DNA from: Selaginella moellendorffii
Taxonomy: Eukaryota > Plantae > Lycopodiophyta
Length of the DNA stretch: 64,000 nt
Assembly: GCF_000143415.4 (NCBI RefSeq)
Contig: NW_003314374.1
Coordinates: 22,604-86,603 of the forward strand
Direction of reading: 5' to 3'
The notes beneath the pieces were generated by a model. It was given only the letters and a program-made list of their open reading frames with translations, ran no database searches and was not told the DNA's origin. The position numbers were made by a program, and so were the translations under genes. This document shows, in pieces, positions 1-12,100 of this stretch. Position 1 is the first letter of the stretch. Every line of letters starts with the position of its first letter.

Positions 1-30
1 AAAAAAAGAGAGAACACGAAGAAAACTTAC

Positions 31-435
31 CAATTTCGTAGTAAAAATCTCCAATTCCTAGAAGCTCGGCCCAGAAACCTTTGTTGGACGCTAAAGGATC
101 GACTCCGACTTTGGAACACATCTCATGGAACTGAGCCCGGAACGCTGGATTCTTCTTGATATCATGCTAAGAAACAAACCAAAGCAATCCCATTCACGCT
201 CACGATTCCACTCCCATACCTTGTGCTTGCGCGCAAATTCTTCTAGCTGCGTCCTAAACGTCGCCAGCTGCTCTTTGAGAAGATCCGTCCGGATTCTCGC
301 CACATTCTCGCCAACAGACCGATACTGATCCTGGAATCAACGAAAGCACAGCGTCCGATCCCCACAGCTGAAACAATCTCATACCCTAGCTGCAGCCGCG
401 GAATGCAATCCCGAGATCCCAGGGCGCCTCTTCAT
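31..435 (-). CDS. VPS22: ESCRT-II subunit VPS22/SNF8 (EAP30 family), first three exons; gene continues off the left edge
   Basis: Exons 435-385, 330-220 and 166-31 with GT-AG introns splice to [99 protein letters not shown], which matches the SNF8/VPS22 N-terminus. Confidence 0.95.
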
Positions 436-1879
436 CGTCCAACAAGAAGAGCCCTAAAATCATGGCTTTCGAGGTAAATTTCTCTTTTATTCATTTCCAA
501 AGCTATGTAAAGCTATGTTGTTCACATAACTGGAGTGGTAAATTGCAACACCCATGCTATGGCCAATTATGTCCCAACCAACCAGAAAAGAACGTGATTT
601 TTTTATGTTGGTATCTTCTTTCTCATCCCGACATAAATCCTTTACAGTATGTTTCTTAAGAGTGTTTCCAAGGGAAAAGGCAAAACGCTCGTGTATAAAA
701 AAACCATCATCTAGAAAATGTGGCCTCCACTCTCCAGCAGTTATCATCACTGAAAACCATTCGTAAGCTTGTTCATCTCCACCTTTCATTTTATTCTTCT
801 TCTTTAGTTTTGAGCTTGATTTTGATTGTGTGGGGATTTGGCCACCACTTTGAGGCAAAGTGACATAACTAGAGCTGTAAAGAGTGATGCTGGTTTGTAT
901 ATCCCAAGCACATCCAGGACAAACCATGACATGAAATTAGTCCACCCTAACTCCATACTTGCACAAGATGTGATTTTCTTATCCCATTGCAACACTCCGT
1001 TAAGAATCGGAAAAAGCATGATTTTAACAGGTACAAAACTTTGTCAGAGTTGTCTCACAAGATGTAAATGAAAAATTTATGGTTGAAACAACATTAATCC
1101 CAAGGTAGATAAGAAATTAAAGCTTATCTAGAAAAGGCTTCCACCACGAATATTGACTTGACATCCCTGTAGTTTTCTAGATTTCTGGAAAAAAACAAAC
1201 TCATTGACTTGTTAAACCCATAGGATGAAGTCTTACAATTCACACTTTATTGTAGAATATAGAGATGATAGAACGTGTTCATAACTGGAAGATCGATGAA
1301 ACAACAATTCCAACCTCTCTTTCAGTGGAAGGTGTTGGGAGGGTCGTTCTTCATGACTGGGAAGCTTAAACCATTCAAATATCTAAAAAGTCAACGTGAT
1401 CTCAATATATATCACATACAAAAACATAGTTTGCCAAAGCGTCCTGGAGTGCAATAATAGCGGCTTATCGCATCACGGCATGGAAAAATCGCCGCAGCTG
1501 TGCCTCTTATATTTCAATGGGATGTCAGCTTTCCGGGCAATTGTGCGATCTTACTGCAAATCCTGAGGCTAAGACTGACCGCGGTGCCTTTCTGAAGCCC
1601 CGCAAAGCTCGCAAATCACTGGGTCTCCCAGGTGGTGGAATGGCCGTTGTGCAAAGTGCTTGAAGCTCACCACCAATAGGTCTTTGCCCGTGAACTCCCT
1701 GCCACAGTTCTCGAGCTCCGCAAGTGCTTCGCAAAGATAGCACGCGGCCAAAAGCGACGCTACAGTAAATGCAACGACATGATCCATGGACATTTGCTAT
1801 TTTTTAAGAGACAGGCAATGCGTGTTCAGACAATCGCCACTCAGGAATGGGAAGAGTACAGCGTCCCTTGCCTGATATT

Positions 1880-2650
1880 GAAAGCCAAGGCACTCAAGCT
1901 CAGGTGCAATCGGCCATACAGGACCTGCCGCTGGGCAAGGCACTTGATCATCTTGGATTCACGATGGAGATGCTTCGAGCTGCGGGGCCAGAGTGGATTG
2001 CTAGTGGAGATCTTTAATTAAGTAGAGGCTTCCCCATGGCCTGAACGGTCAATAGAGTTATCCTCCTATACAAATCCGGGGATCCCTCTGTTGTCACCAG
2101 CTACAAAACATTGGATGTGGCCAGCATTTTTGCAAAGATATTTGCCTGCTTGCTGGAGAAAGAGCTCTCTAGTTGGATGGAAAGGAGTGGGAAGGGTTTC
2201 CGGAGGCATTATTCTTGTAAAGACCAACTCCTGACACTCCAGAACGGAACTGAGTCCTTTTCCTGGGATATGTGGACTTAGCGGATGGTGCAATTGCAAA
2301 TCTTTGACAGCCTGCCGATTGAGTCACACATCGGTGTACGCCATCTATCCCCAACTTTGTTCGCCATCTACGTGGATGTTGCAGGGGAAGGTGCTCTCAC
2401 GTCTTACCAACTCTCTGGCATGCACCTATATGCGCTGCTCTATGCCGATGATATACTCTTGCCAGCTCCGTCAGCGGCTAAACCTGGGTCTACGTGCTCA
2501 ATGACGTTCTGTCACACACCCTGGCATCATATCGATGTGATCATATGCTCCTTGTGGAAATGGGACTAAGAACACCCCTGCATCTTCGCATTTGTTGCTT
2601 ATGCCAAACAGATCAGGTGGAAGATGTGTTTCATGTTGTTTACAACTGCA
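1880..2650 (+). mobile_element. Degenerate, internally deleted LINE (non-LTR retrotransposon) ORF2 fragment
   Basis: RT motifs across frames: ILLYKSGDPSVVTSYKTLDVASIFAKIFACLLEKELSSWMERSGKGFRRHYSCKDQLLTL, then SHIGVR..LSPTLFAIYVD and ALLYADDILL, then a C-terminal Zn motif RICCLCQTDQVEDVFHVVYNC. Confidence 0.85.
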
Positions 2651-5600
2651 TGGCCTTTGTATTATTAAGCTCAGGTGAAGAAAGAAAACGATACAAGTCA
2701 GCCAACACTACCCCGGGAATCGAGATCACCACCTCCTACAGGATTTGAATTTCAAACGCGCGTGTGGAGCTTTGATTTCTTATACTCTGCCACAACTTAC
2801 TACTCAGTGTTGCCAGAAAATCCACCCCATGTCTCTTCTTATGCATAGGAGCTGAGGCACCACTCTTTTATCATGTCATCCTTGTGCTCCTTCACCGTCT
2901 TGGCGTGGGGTGCTCGTTGCTTTCTCCAGGAGTGTTGCCGGGAGTTTTTTCTCCAGTGCTACCACCCCAAGTAGCGTTGTTATCACGAACTTCTCGACTG
3001 CCCCAGCCATTTCCACCACCATCTTCACCAGTATTCCAGCCTCTGCCACCATTGTTGCCAGTGTTCCAGCCTCCACGGTCGTTGCTGGGTAACGCCACCA
3101 CCATTGTCGCCAATGGCTCGCCCCTTAAGGTGGTCCGGCTGTTTGCAGCTTTCGGATCAAGTTTTTTTATTTGCGAGAATTTTACTACTGAGTTGCTATG
3201 ATCTTACGTGGTTTGTTGTGGCAGTCATGCTCTCGAGAACATGTACTGCCAGACAAATCTTAGTACACATGGTAATGTTTAATTGGACTGACTTAAACCT
3301 CCACTTAGGATTGCCAAGTGTACTGCCTCAACGGGCTCGCCACGTGCACGTTAAGGCGGTTCACTGGCAACCCGTGAACCAATCATCGTCAGCTTCACCA
3401 TTTTCCCGGGATTTCTACCACAAGGTTGTTGCAGTGATGCACCGTCAACGAAGCTATTATCTGAAAAAAAAGTCGTTACAAACAGAGAAATCAGGATTTC
3501 TCCAGCTACATGGAATTTCGATGGTAGTAACTTCGATCTCTTTTTCCAATGCGTCCTTCTTGGAGGAACGCAAGATTATAAGATGATTCTCCGGTCGAAG
3601 AGAAAAGACTGTCTGTTTTGGAACATCGAAGGACTTTCATACCCACAGGAGCGATTTTCCGCGTGGTCTGAATTGTGAACGAAAAGAAAGTCCTTGAAAA
3701 TCATTTACAAGAGAAAGAAGAAGAGAAACATCACCTTTCGCTTATAGACCAAAATTCTTGTGCATCCTCTATACATTTCCCTCAGACATCTCGGTCAGGT
3801 GCTCTACATTAGCTGAAGGAATCCTATTGCAGCACCGGATCGTGGGAAGCTGTGGTCGTGGTTTTCTCATACAGCTTTTGCCTTCTCGCTGTTTGATCAT
3901 CATTTACAGCAGCACTCGAATCGTCAACATCCCGGTCTTCCTATCTGACAGATCGGTAGGGCTCCGTTTTCCTTTCAGGATGCATAAGAAGGGAAGCGAG
4001 ATGGATCGGACAGTGTGGGAGGAGCGTCGCCATGCCCCGGCATATCTAAAATGCGCGATCATATCAGGTCTTAGCGTTGCAGGGAGGCCGATCTTATCTT
4101 TGCGTGCGTGCATGAGCGCTACAAGATGCCCGGATGGTCGCCTTGAGCATGTTCGCAAGGTGCTCGCGAGTGTGCTGTGATTTTTGCGTGAAGGAGAGCT
4201 ACAAGATGCCCGATTTTGTCCTGCTTCTAGTCGGCAAGAAAGGGAGCTCGCCAGTGGGATCTTTGGCGCTGTGATCAGGAGCGCTATTTGTCTTGCTTCT
4301 AGTCGGCAAGAAAGGGGTCGCCGTTGGGCTGCTCGCGGCTCGCTCGCGGATGGATATCTTTGAAGGCATCCCTCCCAGTCTCGGATCGTCAAACTCTATA
4401 GGAGGGTAGTCACGCCACTTTGGATTCGCATTCTCACTCATCTATGCTACCCTCGAGAAACTTCGAGGTCGCTGTTATCCTTTGAGCATGCCCCGAATGG
4501 CTGGCCGCCAATAACCTCACGCGCTTAGATTGTGTTCCACGCCGCCTTTGTGATCGTGCCATCAGGATGCCGCTCCCACTTGTAAAACGAGACCCCGATT
4601 GAGCAATACGCCTTAGAGAACGTCGCTCTCTTGATCATCGCCGACCTGTTCAAGCTTCTCGTCTAGTGCAGCATACATGTTATACCATTTTGCGCACAGG
4701 AAGAGGATCCCGCCTGGCCGCCTGCCGTCGAATTCGCCACTGAAAAAAGTGCGACTCGCAACGCGCAAGCAGCAAAAGGATTTACCTGTACGACATTAAC
4801 ACCCGGAAAGGAAGCCCGCGGGATCCTTCCATGGATCTGGGAGATGCCTGATGATCCAGCTCTCCCCGATAACAATCCGTGGATGCGGCAAGAGCTCCTC
4901 AAGCGACAAGAGTGCCATCAACCTGGAAAAGTGCAGTGTAGGATTTTAGGATTGCCAATTTATTCTATACTGGTAAAGAATCCAGAAAAATTCCACAGCA
5001 TGGGTGATTGATTGACAATTGATTCACAATCCCAGTCGCAGTGGTGGCCGATATGATCACCCTTGTCGTCTCTTGGAATTGCAGTATATGGCAACTCTCA
5101 TTTAATAATTGCTAACAAGTTCTCTTCCATCCATGACAACATTTCAATGGAAGTTTAAACAAGTATGGTGAACATTAGTGTATGCAGAGAACATTCGATG
5201 ATAAGATAGAAACGATTTTCTTGCTATGTTTTTCTTGTAAACCATGACAAGGATAGGAAAACTATACAGATATTGTGGGATGTGCTCAAGCTGTCTACCT
5301 CAAATGCCAAGTTCAATTCTTGCTGAAACTCTAGTTTCCCAGAAGACAAGTTTACATCTTCTTTGACTTTCACTACTTTGCTAGAAATTATTAGTGATAA
5401 GTAAACCTTGATTACAAATATATTGGAGGAATGTACTCGATTATTAATCAAACCATCTTCATGAATAATTTAGGAATATACAATGGCCTTTCACCCTAAA
5501 AAAGGACTGCCTACAGTCAAATGATTTTCTTGACTTGGACATTGAGCACTTTTACCTGTTAAGAACACCACTGCCAGAATGAGAACATTGCATTCTTCCA

Positions 5601-5794
5601 TATGTATATGGAGCTTGGGTGGATTGCATTGGCCTAGACGTCTTGGCTAGAGCTATATCCCTGCAAGCATCACTCTTCACAAGTCTAGCTATGTCTGATC
5701 TGACATGCTTTATACTTTCGCGATCAACATGCTCTTGATCAAGCTCAAAACTCAAAAAAGAAGAAGAAAATGAAAGCTGGATGAACGAGTTCAC

Positions 5795-5842
5795 ATTTGG
5801 TTTTCCAGTGACAACTGCTGGAGAGTAGCCATGGAACTTAGA
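5795..5842 (-). pseudogene. Isolated glutamate dehydrogenase exon fragment
   Basis: Encodes [15 protein letters not shown], the conserved plant NAD-GDH motif, followed by a GT donor; no other GDH exons seen. Confidence 0.7.
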
Positions 5843-6126
5843 ATTCCATGTGGAGGCCACCTTTTCTGGATGATGGCTAGACTTTTAGGCATTAGTGTGC
5901 TGCCAGACATCAGGACGGGTACTACTTTGTAATTGGATGCACCCCTGTGCTCAAGTGCGACTTTCCAATCTCCAAGCTGCTGTTCTATGGTGTAAGCTAG
6001 GATGAGAGCACTCTCCACCAGCATTGGCTCTCATAGGACTGGGAAGTCACAGTGGCATTCCAGTAGCGCTTCAAGTGGTACATCCAGTTGCAAAACAAAG
6101 TAATGTATCCAGTTTTGGTTTTTCTG

Positions 6127-6178
6127 GCTTGGATACTTCAAGTTCCATGGGTACTCTCCAGCAATTGTGACTGGAAAA
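6127..6178 (+). pseudogene. Second glutamate dehydrogenase fragment, opposite orientation
   Basis: AWIL, then a small deletion/frameshift, then [13 protein letters not shown]; compare GDH [22 protein letters not shown]. Confidence 0.65.
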
Positions 6179-6680
6179 TATTGGACGAACACCAGCAAAG
6201 GCCTCTTATCTTTGAAACCACTTGCTGTAAGAAATCTCCCACGCCAGATCCACACTTCGTAATCAGACACTGGGAGCAGGGAAGTAGAACTATTTTTTCC
6301 TGTGCTTTTATCTCAAATCCCCCACCGGAATTGAAAGAATAGCAAAGAGGAAGAGCTATGAAAAACTTCGCAATTTCCAAGTGATACTCGGGCTTAACAA
6401 GAATGCACACTAATCTAAAGAAAGGACAATAAGCGCTCACTAGGAGAGCCGCGAATATGCCCCGCATTTAAAGGCCCGCATTTAAACGCTCGTTCTTTGG
6501 CTGTTTGATAACGAACATAAAGGCCGAGATTTAATAAACGAGGATGAAAGGATTTGGTTATAAGAGGAGAAAAAATTTGATCCATCATAGAGTACGAATT
6601 AAGATATCACCAGTAGCATACAAAACCATACTAGAAAACCTCCCTTGCGAACCACTGATTGATCGAAGAACACTCGCGAC

Positions 6681-7270
6681 TCAGCACTTGACTTCCTTGA
6701 GCGCGTGCTTGAAGTAGATGAAGGTGGGATCCGACCTGCCTTCCTTGTAGTATGCCAAGACGTACGTGGCATCGTCCTTCATGCTCTCGCCGACGAAGCT
6801 ACCAAAAAGCACCAGAGATCTCATCAGTTCCAATCGAGCTCGGAGCAGATCCTAGAGCAAACGAGAGAAGAGAGAACTTACAACTGGAAGTCATTGAGCT
6901 TGGAGAGGATCCACTTGACGGCGGCCTCCACATTCTTCTTGAACTCGGCCTTCTCCTCCTCGGGGAGGATCTCCGTGAGGTTCTTGATGAACTTCTTCAT
7001 GCAGCCGAGGAACGTCTTCTTGTCGAAGGCTGGCTGCTCCTGGAGGCGAAAGGTGTCGACAATGTCCACCACTTTCGCTGCCTGATCGTCCACGCCTTCG
7101 TCATCCTCGCCGCCCTCCTGCGATGGATTGGCGCCGATGTCCACGTCCACACATCCCGTCACGACCCATTTGCCCTCGACCTCCCACAGCACGCCATTCT
7201 GGATCTCCTTGTAGGGGAAGGAATCCGACAGGAGCTCGTCGCCAGACAGCAAATCCTGGTACACGAGCAT
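6681..7270 (-). CDS. TCTP: Translationally controlled tumor protein (TCTP), 2 exons
   Basis: Exons 7270-6882 and 6798-6681: [35 protein letters not shown]...DIGANPS...[13 protein letters not shown]...LNDFQF|[38 protein letters not shown]. Confidence 0.97.
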
Positions 7271-7720
7271 GGCGATCGACCACGCGCCGCCTCGATCTAG
7301 ATCTGCCGGAATTCCAGAGGCGAGAGAGCGCCTACTTACTTGCGCGCCTCCAAACCCTAGCTCGTCACAAAGAGGGGCCGGCGCAAAGCCATATCCAGGG
7401 TTTCTAGAGGCATATTCCACCATCTCTAACGGAATATTCTCTAGCGGAATGCATCAAACCGAATATGCTCATGGACTTTACGACAGAATGTTCTCCTTCT
7501 TTTAGGTTAAGAAGCCCATCGGATTGGAGGCTCTATCTCCATCAAGAGTGTTTTTTGCGTTGCGCTGCGCTCGCGGCCAGGTATTTTGTTTCGGCGATTG
7601 ATGCCAGATCGATCCAGCGAGCAAGCTCCTTTTGCTGCCGCGAGGAGGTCCGGCTAGGGTTGAGAGGATTGTCGCTCTCCATGGCGAGATTGTAGCTAGA
7701 TTAGTAGGGCGGCGGCGATA
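7271..7720. promoter_or_regulatory. Shared divergent promoter/5' UTR region of TCTP and SSU72, with a telo-box
   Basis: The two start codons face away from each other 450 bp apart; AAACCCTA telo-box at 7352-7359. Confidence 0.5.
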
Positions 7721-8959
7721 ATGAAGCTCCGCCATGCTATGGTGTGTGCCTCCAATCAGAATCGGAGTATGGAAGCTCACGCCCTCTTGCAAAGAGAAGG
7801 CTTAGATGTGAGCTCGTATGGAACAGGCAATCAAGTGAAGCTCCCGGGGCCGACGATTCGAGACCCCAATATCTACCAGTTTGGAACGCCGTATACCGCG
7901 ATAATCGAAGATCTCAAGAACAAGGATCCCGACTTGTATGTTTTGCAATTTTTTCTTTTCTTCGTTTCTTCCTTTGCCTTTGTCTTCTTGCTCTTGTTCT
8001 TGGTCTTGGTTTTTGTGAACCCCTTCTTTTTTCGTTGTTTCTCACGACCTTGTCGCTTCATTGGCCATTGCAGATACAAAAGGAACGGCTTGCTACCGAT
8101 GCTCAAGCGCAACGCGAGTGTCAAAGACGCTCCCCAGCGCTGGCAAGACAACGCTGGCGATGGCGCCTTCGATGTGGTGCTGACTTTCGAGGAGAGAGTT
8201 TTCGACCTTGTCAACGAAGGTACATTTTCTTTTGTTACTCGGCTTGTTTGTTTCGCAAATCTTTTGCCTGTTCTTAGTTTTTTTATGTGTTCCTGGCAGA
8301 TCTCCAAAACCGCGAGCAAACGCTCTTCAAGACGGTGCTGGTCGTGAACTTGGACGTCAAAGACAACCACGAAGAAGCAGCGGTTGGTGCCAAGCTCGCG
8401 CTGGATTTGTGCAAAAAGGTAAAATTCCTCTCCCTCGATCCCAATCTTGATCCTTCGCGATGCTTGCTAGAGATTTTCCGTATGGTGTTTGTCCCGCTAA
8501 CACTCCTTAGAAAGAAGATGACAAACGAAAGAGGATTTTTTTTTCTTTCATCTCCACTCCAAGCTCGATAGAATGAATCGATCTGGAAGATCGCTCTTGG
8601 AAATCGATGGGCAGTGACAATTGGTTGACGGGGACACGGGATATCACTAAACCCTATCAATGAAAGAATGAAAATCCATCCATTGCTATGTACATAGCGA
8701 GTTCTTTAAACTTCTGGGGGAGTTTACACCACACTACTAAAGAAAGATCACGATGGTTTGTGTTCTTGGCTTATGTTCTTAACTTCCCTCGCGATTTCTC
8801 TGTTCTTTTTTCACTTAGAAAGGTGGTTTTGATCGAATCTCTCGTGTTTTGCAGCTAGAGGAGAGCGAGAAGAACTGGGAGGACGAGATCGACGATATCG
8901 TGCGGAGATTTGAGAAGCAACACAAGCGGAGATTGATCTACACCATATGTTTCTATTGA
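7721..8959 (+). CDS. SSU72: RNA polymerase II CTD phosphatase SSU72, 4 exons
   Basis: Exons 7721-7935, 8074-8219, 8300-8418 and 8855-8959; catalytic VCASNQNRSMEAH motif, GTGNQVKLPG, FDVVLTFEERVFD, DVKDNHEEA, ending YTICFY*. Confidence 0.96.
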
Positions 8960-9146
8960 GACGATGAAAGAGAAAAGCTGGAAAAATGTGATACCAAGTT
9001 TGTTTGCCCTAGATTCTTTTTGGATATTCTATTTGTAACGTGTCCTAGATTCGTGTAGAATGTTCTATTTGAAACGTTATGCCATATTTCTCGGTGTGTG
9101 TGAGCTAAGTAGGGTTTAGGGTGTGTGAAAGTAAGGGAAGAGCGCC

Positions 9147-12100
9147 ATGGATTTCATGCGCGGGGTCGATCAAGCGGTGGCTTTGTGCCGCGCATGCGTG
9201 GAGACGAATCGCGGCACGCGGATGCTCGTTATAGTGCCGTCCGGGACATCGGCGGAGGAGTTTAGAGGTATGGAGCTCGATCCATCGATCGATGATCGCC
9301 GGGTACTTGAGGGCTTTTTCTTCTTGCAGAGAGGGTGAGGGCTGTGCATTCTACCAATTTTCCGGAGCACGGAAATGTAGGCATCAAGAACATCATGGTA
9401 CGAAACCGCTGGAGAAAAAGCTCTGGGAAGTTTCTGAGATTTCTTGTGTGTTTTCCAGATCATGGTTGCGGGGTATTGGTATGCTTTCACCCATGGCAAC
9501 ATTGGAACGGCTGCTCAAGGAACCGATGCGCGATTTAGAGTCGAGCTTTTCGAGGAACAGGAGGAAGTCGTGGATCCTTCTCCATCCGGGACTCCCGCGA
9601 GAAGGGAGCTTGCGGCCGGAGAGGATGTGCGTCAGCAGCCGGCGAGAGAGGAGAGTAGACTTGGCAGAGCCGTGACTAGTTTGCGACGAACCCTCGAGGA
9701 GATGGAGGACATTCGTGGAACTGGTCCTGGAAGGGTGGTGAACAATGCTCAAGGGGTGAGGATCACTGCTCCTCCTCCAGCGAACGAGGTTATGGTTGGA
9801 TCTGCCGCGGACGAAAGGAATGACGACGTCCAGATGGTGGATGGTTCTGAGCCCGAGTCTAGAGCAGTGGCGGAAACCGATATCGCCGAGAGTAGCGGAC
9901 AGGAAACAAGGTCCGGCCCTTCTCTGCGATGTAACGACGTTCAGATGGTGGATGGTTCTGAGCCCCACTCTAGAGCAGTGGCGGAAATGGACGTCCCTGA
10001 GAGTAACGGACAGGAGACAAGGTCCGCCTCTTCTCTGCGACGATCGCACGACATGCCTTCTGAAAATCCAGCCGATAAGTCGCAGAACGGTTGTCGAGGG
10101 GTTTCTCCTCCTCCAGTGAAACTTGCCAGCTCCGCGACGAGCGACTGCAACATGGTGGATGTTTCCGTGCCCGAGGCTGCGGCGGCGACCGCACAGGAAA
10201 CAGAAGTGGAAGTTATGAAGGAGCTGGGAGAAAGAACTGTGGAGGGTGGTAACGATGAACAAGGGAGAGACGAGGTAGAGGTAGAAGGAGCTGGAAGGGA
10301 GGGACAGAAACTAGAATCGAGTACGGACGATTCGGAAGGATCTGAGGAGGAGGAGGATGAACTAGAAGGCAGGAGAGATGAGCGACAAGAAAACGAGGAA
10401 AAGGAAGTAGAGGCAGGACTGCAGATTGGAGACGAGAAGGAGCTAGAAACTGAGAAAGGCAGTTCTGAGAAAAATGTAGGAGACATGGAGGCTCAGAAGG
10501 ATGCGACAGCGTCATCAGTGCTTAATATTCTTCTCGGCTCCTCTGAGGGAACTGAAGATCGCTCGAACGCGAAAGCTAGTGGCGAGCCTACTCGAATCGA
10601 TGAGCCTGTTGCTACTGATGGCAATGGCAGTGCCTCAGGACACGATTTTATAGCCGAGAAACCTACAGCCAAGCGAAAACACGACTGGTCTTTGGATGCA
10701 TCGCACAAGAGGTCGAGAGTGGANNNNNNNNNNNNNNNNNNNNNNNNNNNNNNNNNNNNNNNNNNNNNNNNNNNNNNNNNNNNNNNNNNNNNNNNNNNNN
10801 NNNNNNNNNNNNNNNNNNNNNNNNNNNNNNNNNNNNNNNNNNNNNNNNNNNNNNNNNNNNNNNNNNNNNNNNNNNNNNNNNNNNNNNNNNNNNNNNNNNN
10901 NNNNNNNNNNNNNNNNNNNNNNNNNNNNNNNNNNNNNNNNNNNNNNNNNNNNNNNNNNNNNNNNNNNNNNNNNNNNNNNNNNNNNNNNNNNNNNNNNNNN
11001 NNNNNNNNNNNNNNNNNNNNNNNNNNNNNNNNNNNNNNNNNNNNNNNNNNNNNNNNNNNNNNNNCGCTGCTGATGGGCCTGTCTTGGACAACTTGTGTGA
11101 CAACGTCATAAGTCAGCATTTTTCTTCTGAAGCTTCTGGTTCAGATAGCGAAGAGGACGAGTCTCAAGCTCCCGTGGAGAATCCCGCATCAAGTCAGGTG
11201 AAGGCTCCTATGAAAGAGGCGGTTGGAAAAAGGAAGACTGTTACTTCCGATTCAGATAGTGAGGATGAAGAAGCTGCCACCCAAGCTCCGGTGGGAAAGA
11301 AACAAGAAGAGGCTGCTACAGTTGGATTAAAAAACACAGGCAGTGCTACTTCTGATTCAGATAGCGAGGACGACACTCAAGTTCCGGTGGAAAAGAATCA
11401 AGAAGAGGCTACTACAGTTGGAGTAAAAAAAACAGGCAGTGCTACTTCCGATTCAGATAGTAAGGACGAAGAAGAACTTCCGGTAGAAAATAATCAACAA
11501 GAGGCTGCCACAGTTGGAGGAAAAAAAACAGGCAATGCTACTTCCGATCCAGATAGCGAGGACGACACTCAAGTTCCGGTGGAAAAGAATCAGGAAAAGG
11601 CTGCTACAGTTGGAGGAAAACAAATACGCAGTTTAGAATATCAAACTAAGACGCAGGCTCCGCTGCAAAGTCAGAAGAAGAGTGCCGCGAAACAGGCTAC
11701 TGCGGGTAGAAAGAAGACGACCGACGTGGACAAAGACGATGCACAGCATAAGCCTGGAGGAAAAAAAACAGGCGGTAGCGAGGATGAAGAGGCCGACGCC
11801 GTAGAAACTCACACTAAGACTCGGGCTCCTCTGCAAAGTCAGACGCAGACCGTCGTGAAGCAGGTTACTGCGGGTAGAAAGAAGACAAGCGTTTCCGGCG
11901 ACGACGAAGACGATGCCCTGCATAATCTTGGAGGAAAAAAAACAGGCAATATCGAGGACGAAGAAGCCGAAGAAACTCAGACTCAGACTCAGGCCCCTCC
12001 GCAAAGTCAGACGAATACTGCCGCGAAGCAGGCTACTGCGGTTAGAACGAAGGCAAGCGTTTCCAGTTCACAGAAGCAGAGGCTTGAGAGTCGTGCAGCT

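Noticed and set aside
3400-4950. Possible decayed minus-strand gene with short direct repeats
   Set aside because: Stops in all frames and no family motif recognised
6878-7423. 181-aa ORF suggesting an N-terminally extended TCTP
   Set aside because: The conserved TCTP start MLVYQD is at 7270; the extension is probably open 5' UTR, and the ORF's stop lies in the intron
9393-10515. Long minus-strand ORFs (289, 181 and 100 aa)
   Set aside because: Antisense shadows of the low-complexity plus-strand coding region
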